Assembly (NCBI GenBank): GCA_964606485.1
Contig: CAZSGP010000001.1
Coordinates: 417,085 to 481,084 of the forward strand
DNA length: 64,000 bases
Reading direction: 5' to 3'
Origin: an uncultured Planctomycetia bacterium
Lineage (GTDB): Bacteria; Omnitrophota; Gorgyraeia; 2-02-FULL-51-18
Shown: positions 1-8,539 of the stretch, piece after piece
How positions within the stretch are numbered: the first letter of the stretch is position 1
How the letters are laid out: every line of letters starts with the position of its first letter
Made by a program: the position numbers and the translations under genes
The notes under the pieces: model-generated
Told to the model about the DNA's origin: nothing
The model's database searches: none
The model's input: the letters and a program-made list of their open reading frames with translations, nothing else

Positions 1-62
1 CCAGTGATTTCTGTGCTAAAATAAAAAACTTAGGCTTGCTTGGGCTCGTAGTCTGTAAAAAA

Positions 63-136
63 GGGCCTGTAGCTCAGGTGGTTAGAGCAGCTGACTCATA
101 ATCAGCTAGTCGTTGGTTCAAGTCCAACCAGGCCCA
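63..136 (+). tRNA. tRNA-Met (anticodon CAT); elongator type, Ile2-lysidine tRNA not excluded
   Basis: Cloverleaf drawn by hand: acceptor GGGCCTG/CAGGCCC, D-stem GCTC/GAGC, anticodon stem GCTGA/TCAGC with loop CTCATAA (CAT at 97-99), T-stem GTTGG/CCAAC with loop TTCAAGT. The 1-72 pair is G-C and there are no 3 GC pairs in the anticodon stem, so it is not an initiator. No CCA is encoded. Confidence 0.75.
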
Positions 137-170
137 AATTATTTATTTTAGGATGGTAAAAGATACTTAG

Positions 171-247
171 GGGTGCGTAGCTCAGTTGGTTAGAGCGTTG
201 CGTTCACATCGCAAAGGTCACTGGTTCGAGCCCAGTCGTACCCACCA
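171..247 (+). tRNA. tRNA-Val (anticodon CAC), CCA encoded
   Basis: Acceptor GGGTGCG/CGTACCC (one G-U), D-stem GCTC/GAGC, anticodon stem TTGCG/CGCAA with loop TTCACAT (CAC at 205-207), T-stem ACTGG/CCAGT with loop TTCGAGC, discriminator A, then CCA. Confidence 0.75.
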
Positions 248-262
248 CGTGTTTAAAAAATT

Positions 263-979
263 ATGCCAATTGCGATACAAGATCAGATAAAAGTTCTCAA
301 AGAGCTCCAGACGGTGGATTCAGAAATCCATCATCTGAGAAAAGAGCTTTCCGAGCAGCCTATTCTTCAAAAACAGATTGAAACTGAGTTTGAAAAAAAG
401 AAAGTTTCATTAAAAGCTGCCGAAGATGAGTACAAGGCTTTCCAGCTCAAACAAAAAGAAAAAGAAATGGGGCTAGCCTCCTCAGAAGATAAAATTAATA
501 AGCTCTCCGGGCAGCTCTATCAGCTTAAATCCAACAAAGAATACTCCGCGATGGAGATGGAGATCAAGGGTCTGAAAGCGGATAAATCCCTTTTAGAAGA
601 AGAGATTCTTATTCTCTTAGATACGGTTGAGACCGCCAAGGCGAAGATTACAAAAGAAAAAGAAATTCTCGCCGGCGAGGAAAAAAAATTGAAAGCCGAA
701 GTGGATGTTATTAAGAAAAAGTCCTCAGAGCTCGAGCAGCAAATTGCTCAAGGCGAGGAGAAGCGCAAAGTCCATCTTCCGGGAGTCGAAGCGCGGTTGC
801 TCGCGCAATACGAAAAACTTTTGAAAAACCGGGATGGCCTGGCCGTGGCACCCCTTTTAAAAGGCTCCTGTGGCGGATGCCACATTGGGTTGCCTCCTCA
901 GGTAGTGAACGAAATTCATATGCGCGATAAAATTATTACCTGTGAGTCTTGCGCGCGCATTCTTTACTTTGTGGAATGA
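263..979 (+). CDS. Zinc-ribbon domain protein (COG1579/DUF164-like): N-terminal coiled coil, C-terminal CxxC...CxxC ribbon
   Basis: 238 aa. Lys/Glu-rich coiled-coil N-terminus. C-terminus CGGCHIGLPPQVVNEI...ITCESCARILY. Stop overlaps the start of the next gene (ATGA). Confidence 0.7.
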   Translation: MPIAIQDQIKVLKELQTVDSEIHHLRKELSEQPILQKQIETEFEKKKVSLKAAEDEYKAFQLKQKEKEMGLASSEDKINKLSGQLYQLKSNKEYSAMEMEIKGLKADKSLLEEEILILLDTVETAKAKITKEKEILAGEEKKLKAEVDVIKKKSSELEQQIAQGEEKRKVHLPGVEARLLAQYEKLLKNRDGLAVAPLLKGSCGGCHIGLPPQVVNEIHMRDKIITCESCARILYFVE

Positions 980-1392
980 AAATTAAAAAAGCCGTTGTTT
1001 TTATCGACGGAGCTTCCCGGGGAAATCCGGGACCCGCTTCCGTTGGAGTGGTGTTGCTCGAGGAAGACGGGAAGTTGATTCGGGAGTTCGGAGCAAAAAT
1101 TGGAGTCACCACGAATAACGTTGCGGAGTATAGCGCGCTTTTAACGGCTTTGCAGGAAGCGTTGATGCTGGGCATACCCAATCTGGAAGTTCGTACGGAC
1201 AGCGAGCTTTTGGCGAAGCAGTTTAGCGGTGAATACAAAGTCAAAGATCCAAATTTAAAAGTTTTGTTCTTTTTAGCAACACATCTAAAAAAAGGTTTTA
1301 AGAGTTTGAACGTCAGCCATGTGCCGCGCGAGGAAAATAAAAAAGCCGACGCGTGTGCCAACAGGGCGTTAGACGACGAATTTTTTTTGTAG
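976..1392 (+). CDS. Ribonuclease HI-family protein (RNase H-like)
   Basis: Start MKIKKAVVFIDGASRGNPGPASVGVV; motifs TTNNVAEYSALLTAL, TDSELL and VPREENKKADACANRA are a typical RNase HI-like fold. ATG at 976 overlaps the upstream stop. The ORF-track start at 949 looks like a 5' over-extension. Confidence 0.8.
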   Translation: MKIKKAVVFIDGASRGNPGPASVGVVLLEEDGKLIREFGAKIGVTTNNVAEYSALLTALQEALMLGIPNLEVRTDSELLAKQFSGEYKVKDPNLKVLFFLATHLKKGFKSLNVSHVPREENKKADACANRALDDEFFL

Positions 1393-1681
1393 ATCGGATG
1401 GTCGCCCGCCGCGTTTTTGGCGGGAGGAAAGTCCGGGCTCCATTAAGCAGCGTGGCGGGTAACTCCCGTCATTCGTGTCTTCGGGCGCAAATAGGATCAG
1501 AGCTACAGAGACGAGCCGCTTTAAGGGCGGAGTGAAACGAGCAATCTCCACGCGGAGCAAGGTCAAATAGGGAGAGAGGGTGCTTACCCGCTTGTATCTC
1601 CGGGTAGACCGCTTGAGCTTGTCAGTAATGATAAGCCTAGATAGATGATCGTTTAAAACAGAACCCGGCTTACGGATCTGC
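1389..1681 (+). ncRNA. rnpB: RNase P RNA, bacterial type A (rnpB)
   Basis: Universal P4 strands are present: GGAGGAAAGTCCGGGCTCCA near 1424-1443 and ACAGAACCCGGCTTA near 1658-1672. GCAAGGTCAAATAGGGAG is present. A P1 stem forms between GTAGATCGG (5') and CGGATCTGC (3'). Track ORFs 1353-1535 (+) and 1369-1695 (-) over this region are spurious. Ends are approximate to +/-5 nt. Confidence 0.85.
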
Positions 1682-1702
1682 AAAAAAACCGTCAAAGCGG
1701 CG

Positions 1703-1730
1703 CTTCGGGCAACCCCCGAAGTGTCCGTTT
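1703..1730 (+). terminator. Hairpin after rnpB (CTTCGGG-caacc-CCCGAAG) with a partial T tract
   Basis: Seven bp perfect stem followed by tgtccgtttt. Confidence 0.35.
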
Positions 1731-1743
1731 TGGCCCAAAATTT

Positions 1744-2703
1744 ATGAACCCGATTAAAAAGTTCTGCTTATTTTTAATTTTGATCGCCCTGCCACTGCCC
1801 AATCTTTGGGCTGATACCGTCACTTTAAAAAATGGAAAACTTTTAAAAGGTTTGGTCGTGGAGCGCCACGAGGACCGCATTATTTTGAGTACCGAAAGCG
1901 GAGAGATTCCGATTCTTCTGCGCGGTGTCAAAGAGGTGAAGTACGATGACCCCGAGCAAAGCTTGTACCAGATGGGTCGAATGTATGAAAGCCAGTCGAA
2001 ACTTGGGGAAGCTTTGTCTTTTTACGAAAAAGCTGCTGAGCTTAATCCTGATTTTGAAGAAGCGCGCAATGCCGCCACCGGAGTGCGGAGTCGTTTGCTA
2101 GCTAGCCAGTCTCAAGGCCCTCGCAATGAAATGGAAAAGCAGCAAGCCATTCAGGATTCCTGGAGTCAAGGTCGCGGGCCAGTCTCTGAAACCACCACCA
2201 AACCATCACCTGCAAAACTACTCAAAGACCGTATGGGTTTAAGTCTTGAAAAAAAGGGGGATTGGGTTTTGTTGGGATTTGTGGAGTCCAAAAAAACAGC
2301 TGCCTTAGCGGGACTCAAAAAAGGAGACCGCTTGGTCTCGATCGACGGGGTTTCATTGCGCTATTTAAGCCCTGTAGTTGTTTGTGAAAAAATGCTTGAA
2401 CCTCGGCTTTCAACATTTACACTGGAGATCGAGCGGGATTTATTTATTAAGCAGGCTGAGCGCAATCCGAGTAAATTAGGTTTTGATATGGGCTTAGAGT
2501 ATGAAGGGATTCGAATCAAGAAGTCACGGGCCGAAAGCGCTGCGGATATGGCCGGGCTCAAAGAAGATGATTATTTGGTTGGTGTGAACGGAACATCAAC
2601 CCGTTACTTTGCTGTTAAGAAGGCAGCGGTTTTGATTCAAAATTCTAAAACAGAAAGACTTGTCTTAACCGTTCGTCGTAACGCAATGTTATCGAGAGGA
2701 TAA
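1744..2703 (+). CDS. Secreted protein with a TPR-like region and two PDZ domains
   Basis: Signal peptide MNPIKKFCLFLILIALPLPNLWA. YEKAAELNPDFEEA is TPR-like. Two PDZ-like segments: GLKKGDRLVSIDGVSL and GLKEDDYLVGVNGTS. Confidence 0.6.
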   Translation: MNPIKKFCLFLILIALPLPNLWADTVTLKNGKLLKGLVVERHEDRIILSTESGEIPILLRGVKEVKYDDPEQSLYQMGRMYESQSKLGEALSFYEKAAELNPDFEEARNAATGVRSRLLASQSQGPRNEMEKQQAIQDSWSQGRGPVSETTTKPSPAKLLKDRMGLSLEKKGDWVLLGFVESKKTAALAGLKKGDRLVSIDGVSLRYLSPVVVCEKMLEPRLSTFTLEIERDLFIKQAERNPSKLGFDMGLEYEGIRIKKSRAESAADMAGLKEDDYLVGVNGTSTRYFAVKKAAVLIQNSKTERLVLTVRRNAMLSRG

Positions 2704-2704
2704 A

Positions 2705-3145
2705 ATGGCAACCGAATCATTCCGCAGAAAAAAAATATTCGTAGAGAAAGGGCTTCAGCTTCGTTTTGCCCGTTTCGTGATTTTGTTTGTCCTCATCTCT
2801 TGCCTGGTGACGGGTCTGCTTGTTTTTTACACGACTTTCATGATGCTCGGACAGCGTCTCGCGGATGTCTATCCGCCCGGGCGACTGGTATCTATTTTTA
2901 GAACCGTGCATCTTTTGTTTGTCGCAAATATTCTCATCATGCTGCCGATTATTTTTTATGGGTCCATCGTATTCTCTCACCGCATCGCAGGACCTCTTCC
3001 AAAAATTTATAGGATTTTACGGGAGATTGGACAGGGGAATTTCGACACGAAGATTGTGCTTAGACAACACGATGAGCTAAAAGATTTGGCAGAAGAAATC
3101 AACCAGATGGCGCTTCACCTCAAAGAAAGAGAAATAAAAAAATAA
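2705..3145 (+). CDS. Small membrane protein with 2 TM helices and a HAMP domain
   Basis: Two hydrophobic helices followed by a HAMP-like segment PLPKIYRILREIGQGNFDTKIVLRQHDELKDLAEEINQMALHL. Confidence 0.55.
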   Translation: MATESFRRKKIFVEKGLQLRFARFVILFVLISCLVTGLLVFYTTFMMLGQRLADVYPPGRLVSIFRTVHLLFVANILIMLPIIFYGSIVFSHRIAGPLPKIYRILREIGQGNFDTKIVLRQHDELKDLAEEINQMALHLKEREIKK

Positions 3146-3183
3146 GCACTCTTTAGCCTAAAAAAAGACCTTTTTAGCTCTCA

Positions 3184-3217
3184 AAACCGCCTTTTAAAAA
3201 AGGGCGGTTTTCTCTTT
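3184..3217 (+). terminator. Rho-independent terminator
   Basis: AAACCGCC-ttttaaaaaag-GGCGGTTT followed by TCTCTTT. Confidence 0.6.
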
Positions 3218-3231
3218 CTAAGGGGCAAACC

Positions 3232-3260
3232 TTGACAATGGGGAGGGAGTGATGTATAGT
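3232..3260 (+). promoter_or_regulatory. Consensus sigma70 promoter of the dcw cluster (mraZ promoter)
   Basis: TTGACA (3232-3237), 17-nt spacer, TATAGT (3255-3260). Confidence 0.65.
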
Positions 3261-3281
3261 TTTCCCAGGAAGACCCATAAA

Positions 3282-3300
3282 GTGGTGGAGAGTGGAGGAA
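3282..3300 (+). promoter_or_regulatory. Putative MraZ operator (direct GTGG-N6 repeats at 10-bp spacing)
   Basis: GTGGTGGAGA then GTGGAGGAAA, directly downstream of the -10 and 8 nt upstream of the mraZ ATG. A third GGGAGGGAGTG copy sits in the spacer. MraZ is known to bind GTGGG direct repeats with 10-nt periodicity. Confidence 0.45.
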
Positions 3301-3307
3301 AGCCTAA

Positions 3308-3775
3308 ATGTTCTACGGGGAACATGAACACAGCATCGATCGGAAAGGGCGGCTTATCATCCCCTCTAAATTCAGAGAGGTATTCAAAGAAAATTATGTG
3401 GAGCGATTTTTTATCACTAGAGGCCTTGATTCATGTCTCTTTGTATTCGCAGAAGATGAATGGAAAAAGCAGGAGTCTCGATTCAAGTCGCTTTCGTTCA
3501 CGAATGCACAGGCCAGAAACTTCAACCGGCTTTATTTTTCCGGGGCTTGCGAAGTTAACTGCGATAAGCAGGGGAGAATTCTTGTCCCGCAGTTTTTAAA
3601 AGACTACGCAAAAATTAAGCGGGATTGCGTGATTGTGGGCGTGTCGAATCGTATGGAAATTTGGAGCAAAGAACTGTGGGTACACTTTTATGAAAACACG
3701 AAGGATACATTCGAAAAGATTGCAGAAGATCTCATGGGCGGTACAAACGAAAACCCGCAAGGGGGAGGGGTCTAA
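3308..3775 (+). CDS. mraZ: Division/cell-wall cluster transcriptional regulator MraZ
   Basis: 155 aa. MFYGEHEHSIDRKGRLIIPSKFRE and a second half-domain GRILVPQFL are the duplicated MraZ fold. It is the first gene of the dcw cluster. Confidence 0.9.
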   Translation: MFYGEHEHSIDRKGRLIIPSKFREVFKENYVERFFITRGLDSCLFVFAEDEWKKQESRFKSLSFTNAQARNFNRLYFSGACEVNCDKQGRILVPQFLKDYAKIKRDCVIVGVSNRMEIWSKELWVHFYENTKDTFEKIAEDLMGGTNENPQGGGV

Positions 3776-3776
3776 C

Positions 3777-3989
3777 ATGCATAGAGCCAAGCGAATAAAT
3801 CTCGAAGATAGTCTCTCGGAAGTGAGTTTGTCGTTTGAAACGAATGTTGAAAATTTTAAACGCAAGAGGGCGTTGCAGTCTCTGTCCATTCTTGACAGAA
3901 CTTCAAAGCTCTTTTTTGACCGCATGCTCGAAGTCAAAAAAATAAAAGATCTGATCTTTGTGACAAAGTCACAAGGGTATGCTCGTTAA
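3777..3989 (+). CDS. Hypothetical small protein (70 aa) in the mraZ-rsmH spacer
   Basis: ATG at 3777, preceded by GGGGAGGGG (SD-like) inside the mraZ 3' end. Basic and charged composition with no recognisable domain. A 220-bp gap is otherwise unusual here. Confidence 0.25.
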   Translation: MHRAKRINLEDSLSEVSLSFETNVENFKRKRALQSLSILDRTSKLFFDRMLEVKKIKDLIFVTKSQGYAR

Positions 3990-3997
3990 GAGGCGGT

Positions 3998-4882
3998 TTG
4001 AAGCATCAAAGTGTTTTGCTGAATGAAGTGCTGGGAGCTTTCGAGTCTATGGAAAATGCGGTGATTGTGGACGGCACGCTGGGAGCCGGTGGACACGCGA
4101 AAGCGATTTTGGAAAAGTTAGGGGAGAGTGCGAAGTTGATCGGATTCGATAAAGACCCGTTGGCGCTAGAAGAAGCTCGAATGAACTTAATGCAGTTCGG
4201 AGGGCGCGTCACCATGATAAACGATGACTTTAAAAATATCGCACAAAGGCTCGAAGAATTAAAAGTAGGTCCGGTGAGCGGCGCGTTGGTGGATCTCGGT
4301 GTTTCGTCTATGCAGCTCGATGAACCGGGAAGAGGTTTTAGTTTTATGAATGACGGCCCTCTCGACATGCGCATGAATCCCAATAGTCCGCTGAGCGCTG
4401 AGAGCATCGTGAATGATTATTCAAAGGCAGACTTACTCCAAATTCTTTGGAGGCTCGGGGAAGAGCGCTTCGCCAGAAAAATTGTCGATGCGATTCTTGT
4501 TGAGCGGAAGAAAAAAAGAATTCAAACGACACTGGAACTGGCTGAGCTGATTAAGCGTTCAGTGCCCGGTTTTTATCGGCACGGACGAATTCATCCGGCA
4601 ACGAAAACATTTCAAGCGCTGCGCATCGCGGTGAATGAAGAGCTGAGTGCGCTAGAGGAGTTTTTATCGCATTCGCTGAATTTTCTTTCAAATGGCGGTA
4701 GACTTGTTATAATTTCATTCCATTCGTTAGAAGATCGTATCGTCAAGCAAACGTTTAACAGATTTAAGTCCGAGAAGCTTGGGAAAGTTGTTACAAAAAA
4801 ACCAGTCCAGGCTTCTGAAGATGAAGTCCGGCGCAATCCGCGTTCGCGAAGTGCGAAGCTGCGGATTTTTGAGAAATTTTAA
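3998..4882 (+). CDS. rsmH: 16S rRNA (cytosine1402-N4)-methyltransferase RsmH (MraW)
   Basis: TTG start with AAGAGG RBS. LNEVL...VDGTLGAGGH...GFDKDP and the MraW-family fold. Conserved position after mraZ. Confidence 0.9.
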   Translation: MKHQSVLLNEVLGAFESMENAVIVDGTLGAGGHAKAILEKLGESAKLIGFDKDPLALEEARMNLMQFGGRVTMINDDFKNIAQRLEELKVGPVSGALVDLGVSSMQLDEPGRGFSFMNDGPLDMRMNPNSPLSAESIVNDYSKADLLQILWRLGEERFARKIVDAILVERKKKRIQTTLELAELIKRSVPGFYRHGRIHPATKTFQALRIAVNEELSALEEFLSHSLNFLSNGGRLVIISFHSLEDRIVKQTFNRFKSEKLGKVVTKKPVQASEDEVRRNPRSRSAKLRIFEKF

Positions 4883-4893
4883 GGGAGCACCAG

Positions 4894-5259
4894 GTGAAAC
4901 GCTTCGTTGTTTTTGTAGTCATGGCCACATTGTCTTCTCTGATGTACGTTTATCAGGAGATCGAGGCGGTGCAGGTAGGTTACCGCATTCGCAAACAGAT
5001 CGAAGAAAAAACACAACTGCTTGACCATGCTCGTAACCTTAAGTACAATATATCGCGGTTGAAGGCTCCGGCCGACCTGGAGAAAAAGCTGTCCGATCGC
5101 AACATTGTTCTCGGCGCTCCACAGGCTTGGCAGACACTGGTGCTTTCGAAAGATGGAACGTTTCAAAGGCCTGTTCCGGTACCGCAAGCGGTTCAAAATT
5201 CGTCATTTTTGGGAAAAATTTTTATCGGGACCGCACAGGCTGAAGCAAAAGACGCTTAA
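4894..5259 (+). CDS. ftsL: Cell division protein FtsL-like (single TM plus coiled coil)
   Basis: GTG start. TM segment FVVFVVMATLSSLMYVY followed by a coiled coil. Sits between rsmH and ftsI. Confidence 0.6.
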   Translation: MKRFVVFVVMATLSSLMYVYQEIEAVQVGYRIRKQIEEKTQLLDHARNLKYNISRLKAPADLEKKLSDRNIVLGAPQAWQTLVLSKDGTFQRPVPVPQAVQNSSFLGKIFIGTAQAEAKDA

Positions 5260-5273
5260 AAAGCCAAAACAAT

Positions 5274-7079
5274 TTGACCCAAGCCCGATTCTCCAAAACG
5301 AGACTTTTTTTTGTATTTTTCCTCTTCCTGGGGGCGCTCGGTTGTCTCCTTGTTCGTTTAAGCTTCCTTCAAATCTTTAAAGCCAGCAAATATACCTCCA
5401 TCGCTCAAAACCAATCGCGTTCGGTTATCGAAATGCAGCCCGCGCGCGGCAAGATTTTAGACTCTAAGGGCCGCGAACTGGCGCTCGACGTCCGTCTCGA
5501 TTCGGTCTATGCGGTATCGCGTGAAGTTAAAAATAAATTACTTGCGGCTACACAAATCCAAAAAGTACTTTCGCTTGATCGGCGGATTTTGATGAGCCGT
5601 CTCGCCAAGGACAAACTTTTTGTTTGGATCGCGCGTAAAATTGACGAAGGAAAATCTGCGACACTTAAAAAAATGAAGGTACAGGGGCTTGGGTTTATTA
5701 AAGAGTCCGAACGCGTTTATCCAAAGGGAGATCTAGGTTGTCACTTGGTGGGTTTTACCGACATTGATAACAACGGAATTGAAGGGATTGAGCTGTACTA
5801 CAATAGTTTCCTGAAAGGGGTGCCTGGTTGGCGCATGGTTCAAAAAGATGCCAAGCAGCGTGAACTCGTCTCCAAAGAAATTGAAATGATGCCGCCGGTC
5901 GATGGTTATAACGTGCACTTGACGATTGATCAGGTGATTCAATCCATCGCACAAACACAGCTTGCCGAAACCTGCAAAAAATTTAATGCAAAAGGCGGTT
6001 CCGTCACCGTGATGGATCCTAAAACGGGGGATATTTTAGCCATGGCTACTTACCCGGTTTACGATTTAAATGATCCCGGTAAAAGCGATGCGGATGTGCG
6101 CCGCAACCGAGCCATCACCGATATTTTTGAGCCCGGCTCAGTGTTCAAAGCGATTACACTGTCTTCCATTTTAGATAATAAAATATTTACACTGGATGAA
6201 AAGTTTGATTGCGAGCGCGGATCTTGGGCTGTCGCTGGAAAAGTTTTACACGATCATCACGGAAGCGGTGTTTTGAGTTTTCGTGAGGTGATTGAAAAAT
6301 CAAGCAACATTGGTACGGTAAAGGGTGCGCTGCGGCTCGGGGGCGATAAGCTCTATAAAACAATTCGTGATTTTGGGTTTGGCTCTCGAACGGGCATAGG
6401 TCTTGCGGGTGAGGTTAATGGCATTTTGCCGAACCCTAAAAATTGGTCAAGAAGCTCAATTATCAATATTCCCATCGGACAGGGCGTGGCGGTGACGCCG
6501 ATTCAGCTTGCCTGTGCACTTGGCGCGATTGCCAACGACGGCGTGCTCATGAAGCCGCGCATTGTGACGCTAATTGATGATCAGGATGGAAAAATGATCC
6601 GTAGTTTTAAGCCGGAACCCGCACGGCGCGTCATTTCCAAAGAAACGTCCCTGCAGGTGCGTTCGGTGTTGCAGGGAGTTGTGGAAAGGGGAACGGGTAA
6701 AAAAGCGGCCGTGCCAGGTTTTAAGGCGGCCGGAAAAACGGGGACGGCTCAGAAAATTTTGCCCAATGGCACATATTCCCATGACCACTTTGTTGGGTCG
6801 TTCGTTGGATTTGTTCCCTACGATGAACCAAAAGTCGTGATCACGGTGAGCATTGATGAGCCGCATCCGGTTTATTTTGGCGGCGACGTGGCAGCACCCG
6901 CTTTTTCGAAGATTGCCTCACAAATTTTAGAATATTGGCGCGTGCCGAAGGCCATCGCACCTCCGGAAGTGGCTAAGGCCTCTGTAAAAAATGCAAAAAA
7001 ATTAACCAAGAAAAATTCTTCCTCACCGCGTCTGGCTCGCCTCAACGCAACTTCTGCTCAAGCCGTTCCGGTTCAATGA
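5274..7079 (+). CDS. ftsI: Peptidoglycan D,D-transpeptidase FtsI (PBP3-like class B penicillin-binding protein)
   Basis: N-terminal TM helix, then SVFK (SxxK), SSN and KTGT motifs. dcw context. The TTG start is tentative. Confidence 0.9.
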   Translation: MTQARFSKTRLFFVFFLFLGALGCLLVRLSFLQIFKASKYTSIAQNQSRSVIEMQPARGKILDSKGRELALDVRLDSVYAVSREVKNKLLAATQIQKVLSLDRRILMSRLAKDKLFVWIARKIDEGKSATLKKMKVQGLGFIKESERVYPKGDLGCHLVGFTDIDNNGIEGIELYYNSFLKGVPGWRMVQKDAKQRELVSKEIEMMPPVDGYNVHLTIDQVIQSIAQTQLAETCKKFNAKGGSVTVMDPKTGDILAMATYPVYDLNDPGKSDADVRRNRAITDIFEPGSVFKAITLSSILDNKIFTLDEKFDCERGSWAVAGKVLHDHHGSGVLSFREVIEKSSNIGTVKGALRLGGDKLYKTIRDFGFGSRTGIGLAGEVNGILPNPKNWSRSSIINIPIGQGVAVTPIQLACALGAIANDGVLMKPRIVTLIDDQDGKMIRSFKPEPARRVISKETSLQVRSVLQGVVERGTGKKAAVPGFKAAGKTGTAQKILPNGTYSHDHFVGSFVGFVPYDEPKVVITVSIDEPHPVYFGGDVAAPAFSKIASQILEYWRVPKAIAPPEVAKASVKNAKKLTKKNSSSPRLARLNATSAQAVPVQ

Positions 7080-8539
7080 CCTCGCTAAAGCTGTTGTTGC
7101 GAGACTCCTTCCCGGAGCGTTCAGATCTTTCGGGTTTACCCGATATTTCCATTCAAAGCATTGAGTCCGATTCTCGAGCGGTGCAAAAAGGAGCTTTGTT
7201 TGTGGCGGTGAAGGGGGCCGTAGCAGATGGTCGTCAATTCATTGAGGATGCGCTCAATCGAGGGGCCGCGGCAGTGGTGGGAGAGGGTCCTCGTCCCGAA
7301 AGCTGTGCAGTTCCTTTTATAGAGGTTCAAGATACGCGGCAGGCCGCCGCAAGACTCGCCACCTCTTTCTACGATCACCCCACTAAACGCCTCTCCATGG
7401 TCGGGATCACCGGAACCAACGGCAAAACGACGAGCGCGTATCTCTTGGAACATTTCCTAAATTCAGCTCATAAAAAAACAGGAGTGTTGGGGACGGTATC
7501 GCACCGTTATCCGGGCAAAGAAACATTGGCGTCGGAAACGACACCCGGTCCGCTCAAGCTTCAAGCCATTTTAAAAGAAATGGCAGATGCTAATTGTGAA
7601 TGGGCCGTGATGGAAGTTTCTTCCCATGCGCTCGACCAGCGCCGCACTGAAGGCATTCGATTTAAGGCAGCACTCTTTACGAATTTAACTCAAGACCATT
7701 TGGACTATCACCACACACTCGAAGCGTATTTTGAAGCGAAGGCTAAATTATTTTTGAGTCTTGAACCTAGTCAAACGGCGGTGCTCAACGCGGATGACGC
7801 TTGGAATCAAAAATTACGCAACCGGCTTTCTTGCCGAGTTTTAACTTATTCTGTAAACGGCCCATCCGATTTTAAGGCGGAATCGATCCGCTTTGAAAAT
7901 AGCCAAGTGCATTTTAATGTTCGGTTTCAAAACCAAATTATCCCTGTTAGCACCTCTCTTTTAGGCTCACACAATATTTATAATATTCTCGGAGCAACCG
8001 CAGTTTTTCACGCGCTTGGGTTTAATTTGGGCTTGATTCCAGATTATCTCCAATCTTTCATTGGGGTTCCCGGGCGTCTAGAGCGCGTGGATGCCGGTCA
8101 AAATTTCCATGTGTTTATCGATTTTGCGCACACGCCTGACGGCCTAGAAAACGTGCTAAAGAGTCTGCAGGCGTATAAAAAAAACCGGCTGATCACGCTT
8201 TTTGGCTGCGGTGGCGATCGTGATCGGGGCAAGCGTCCTAAGATGGCCGAAATTGCCGCACGGCTGTCAGATCAAGTAATTGTAACCTCCGACAACCCCC
8301 GTTCGGAAGACCCAAAGGCCATTGCGCAGGAAATTTGCGCTGGATTCACACAAGATTTTAAAAATTTTAGCGTTATTTTAGATCGTAAAAAAGGGATTCG
8401 TCAGGCGCTGATGGATGCGCGTGAAAATGATATTGTTATTCTTGCCGGAAAAGGGCATGAGCGCAATCAGGTGATTGGCGCGCAGTCGTTCCCGTTTTCA
8501 GACCGCGAGGAAGCCATAAAGGTGCTCAATGGACATTAG
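7076..8539 (+). CDS. murE: UDP-N-acetylmuramoyl-L-alanyl-D-glutamate--2,6-diaminopimelate ligase MurE
   Basis: GITGTNGKTT P-loop; DNPRSEDP (the DNPR motif is typical of meso-DAP-adding MurE). Confidence 0.9.
   Translation: MTSLKLLLRDSFPERSDLSGLPDISIQSIESDSRAVQKGALFVAVKGAVADGRQFIEDALNRGAAAVVGEGPRPESCAVPFIEVQDTRQAAARLATSFYDHPTKRLSMVGITGTNGKTTSAYLLEHFLNSAHKKTGVLGTVSHRYPGKETLASETTPGPLKLQAILKEMADANCEWAVMEVSSHALDQRRTEGIRFKAALFTNLTQDHLDYHHTLEAYFEAKAKLFLSLEPSQTAVLNADDAWNQKLRNRLSCRVLTYSVNGPSDFKAESIRFENSQVHFNVRFQNQIIPVSTSLLGSHNIYNILGATAVFHALGFNLGLIPDYLQSFIGVPGRLERVDAGQNFHVFIDFAHTPDGLENVLKSLQAYKKNRLITLFGCGGDRDRGKRPKMAEIAARLSDQVIVTSDNPRSEDPKAIAQEICAGFTQDFKNFSVILDRKKGIRQALMDARENDIVILAGKGHERNQVIGAQSFPFSDREEAIKVLNGH

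Noticed and set aside
63-136. Initiator tRNA-fMet call for the CAT tRNA
   Set aside because: The 1-72 pair is a Watson-Crick G-C, and the anticodon stem lacks the three consecutive G-C pairs of initiators. Elongator Met (or Ile2) is more consistent.
1353-1695. ORFs 1353-1535 (+) and 1369-1695 (-)
   Set aside because: They lie entirely over the RNase P RNA gene, and the Arg/Gly-rich translations are typical of structured-RNA artefacts.
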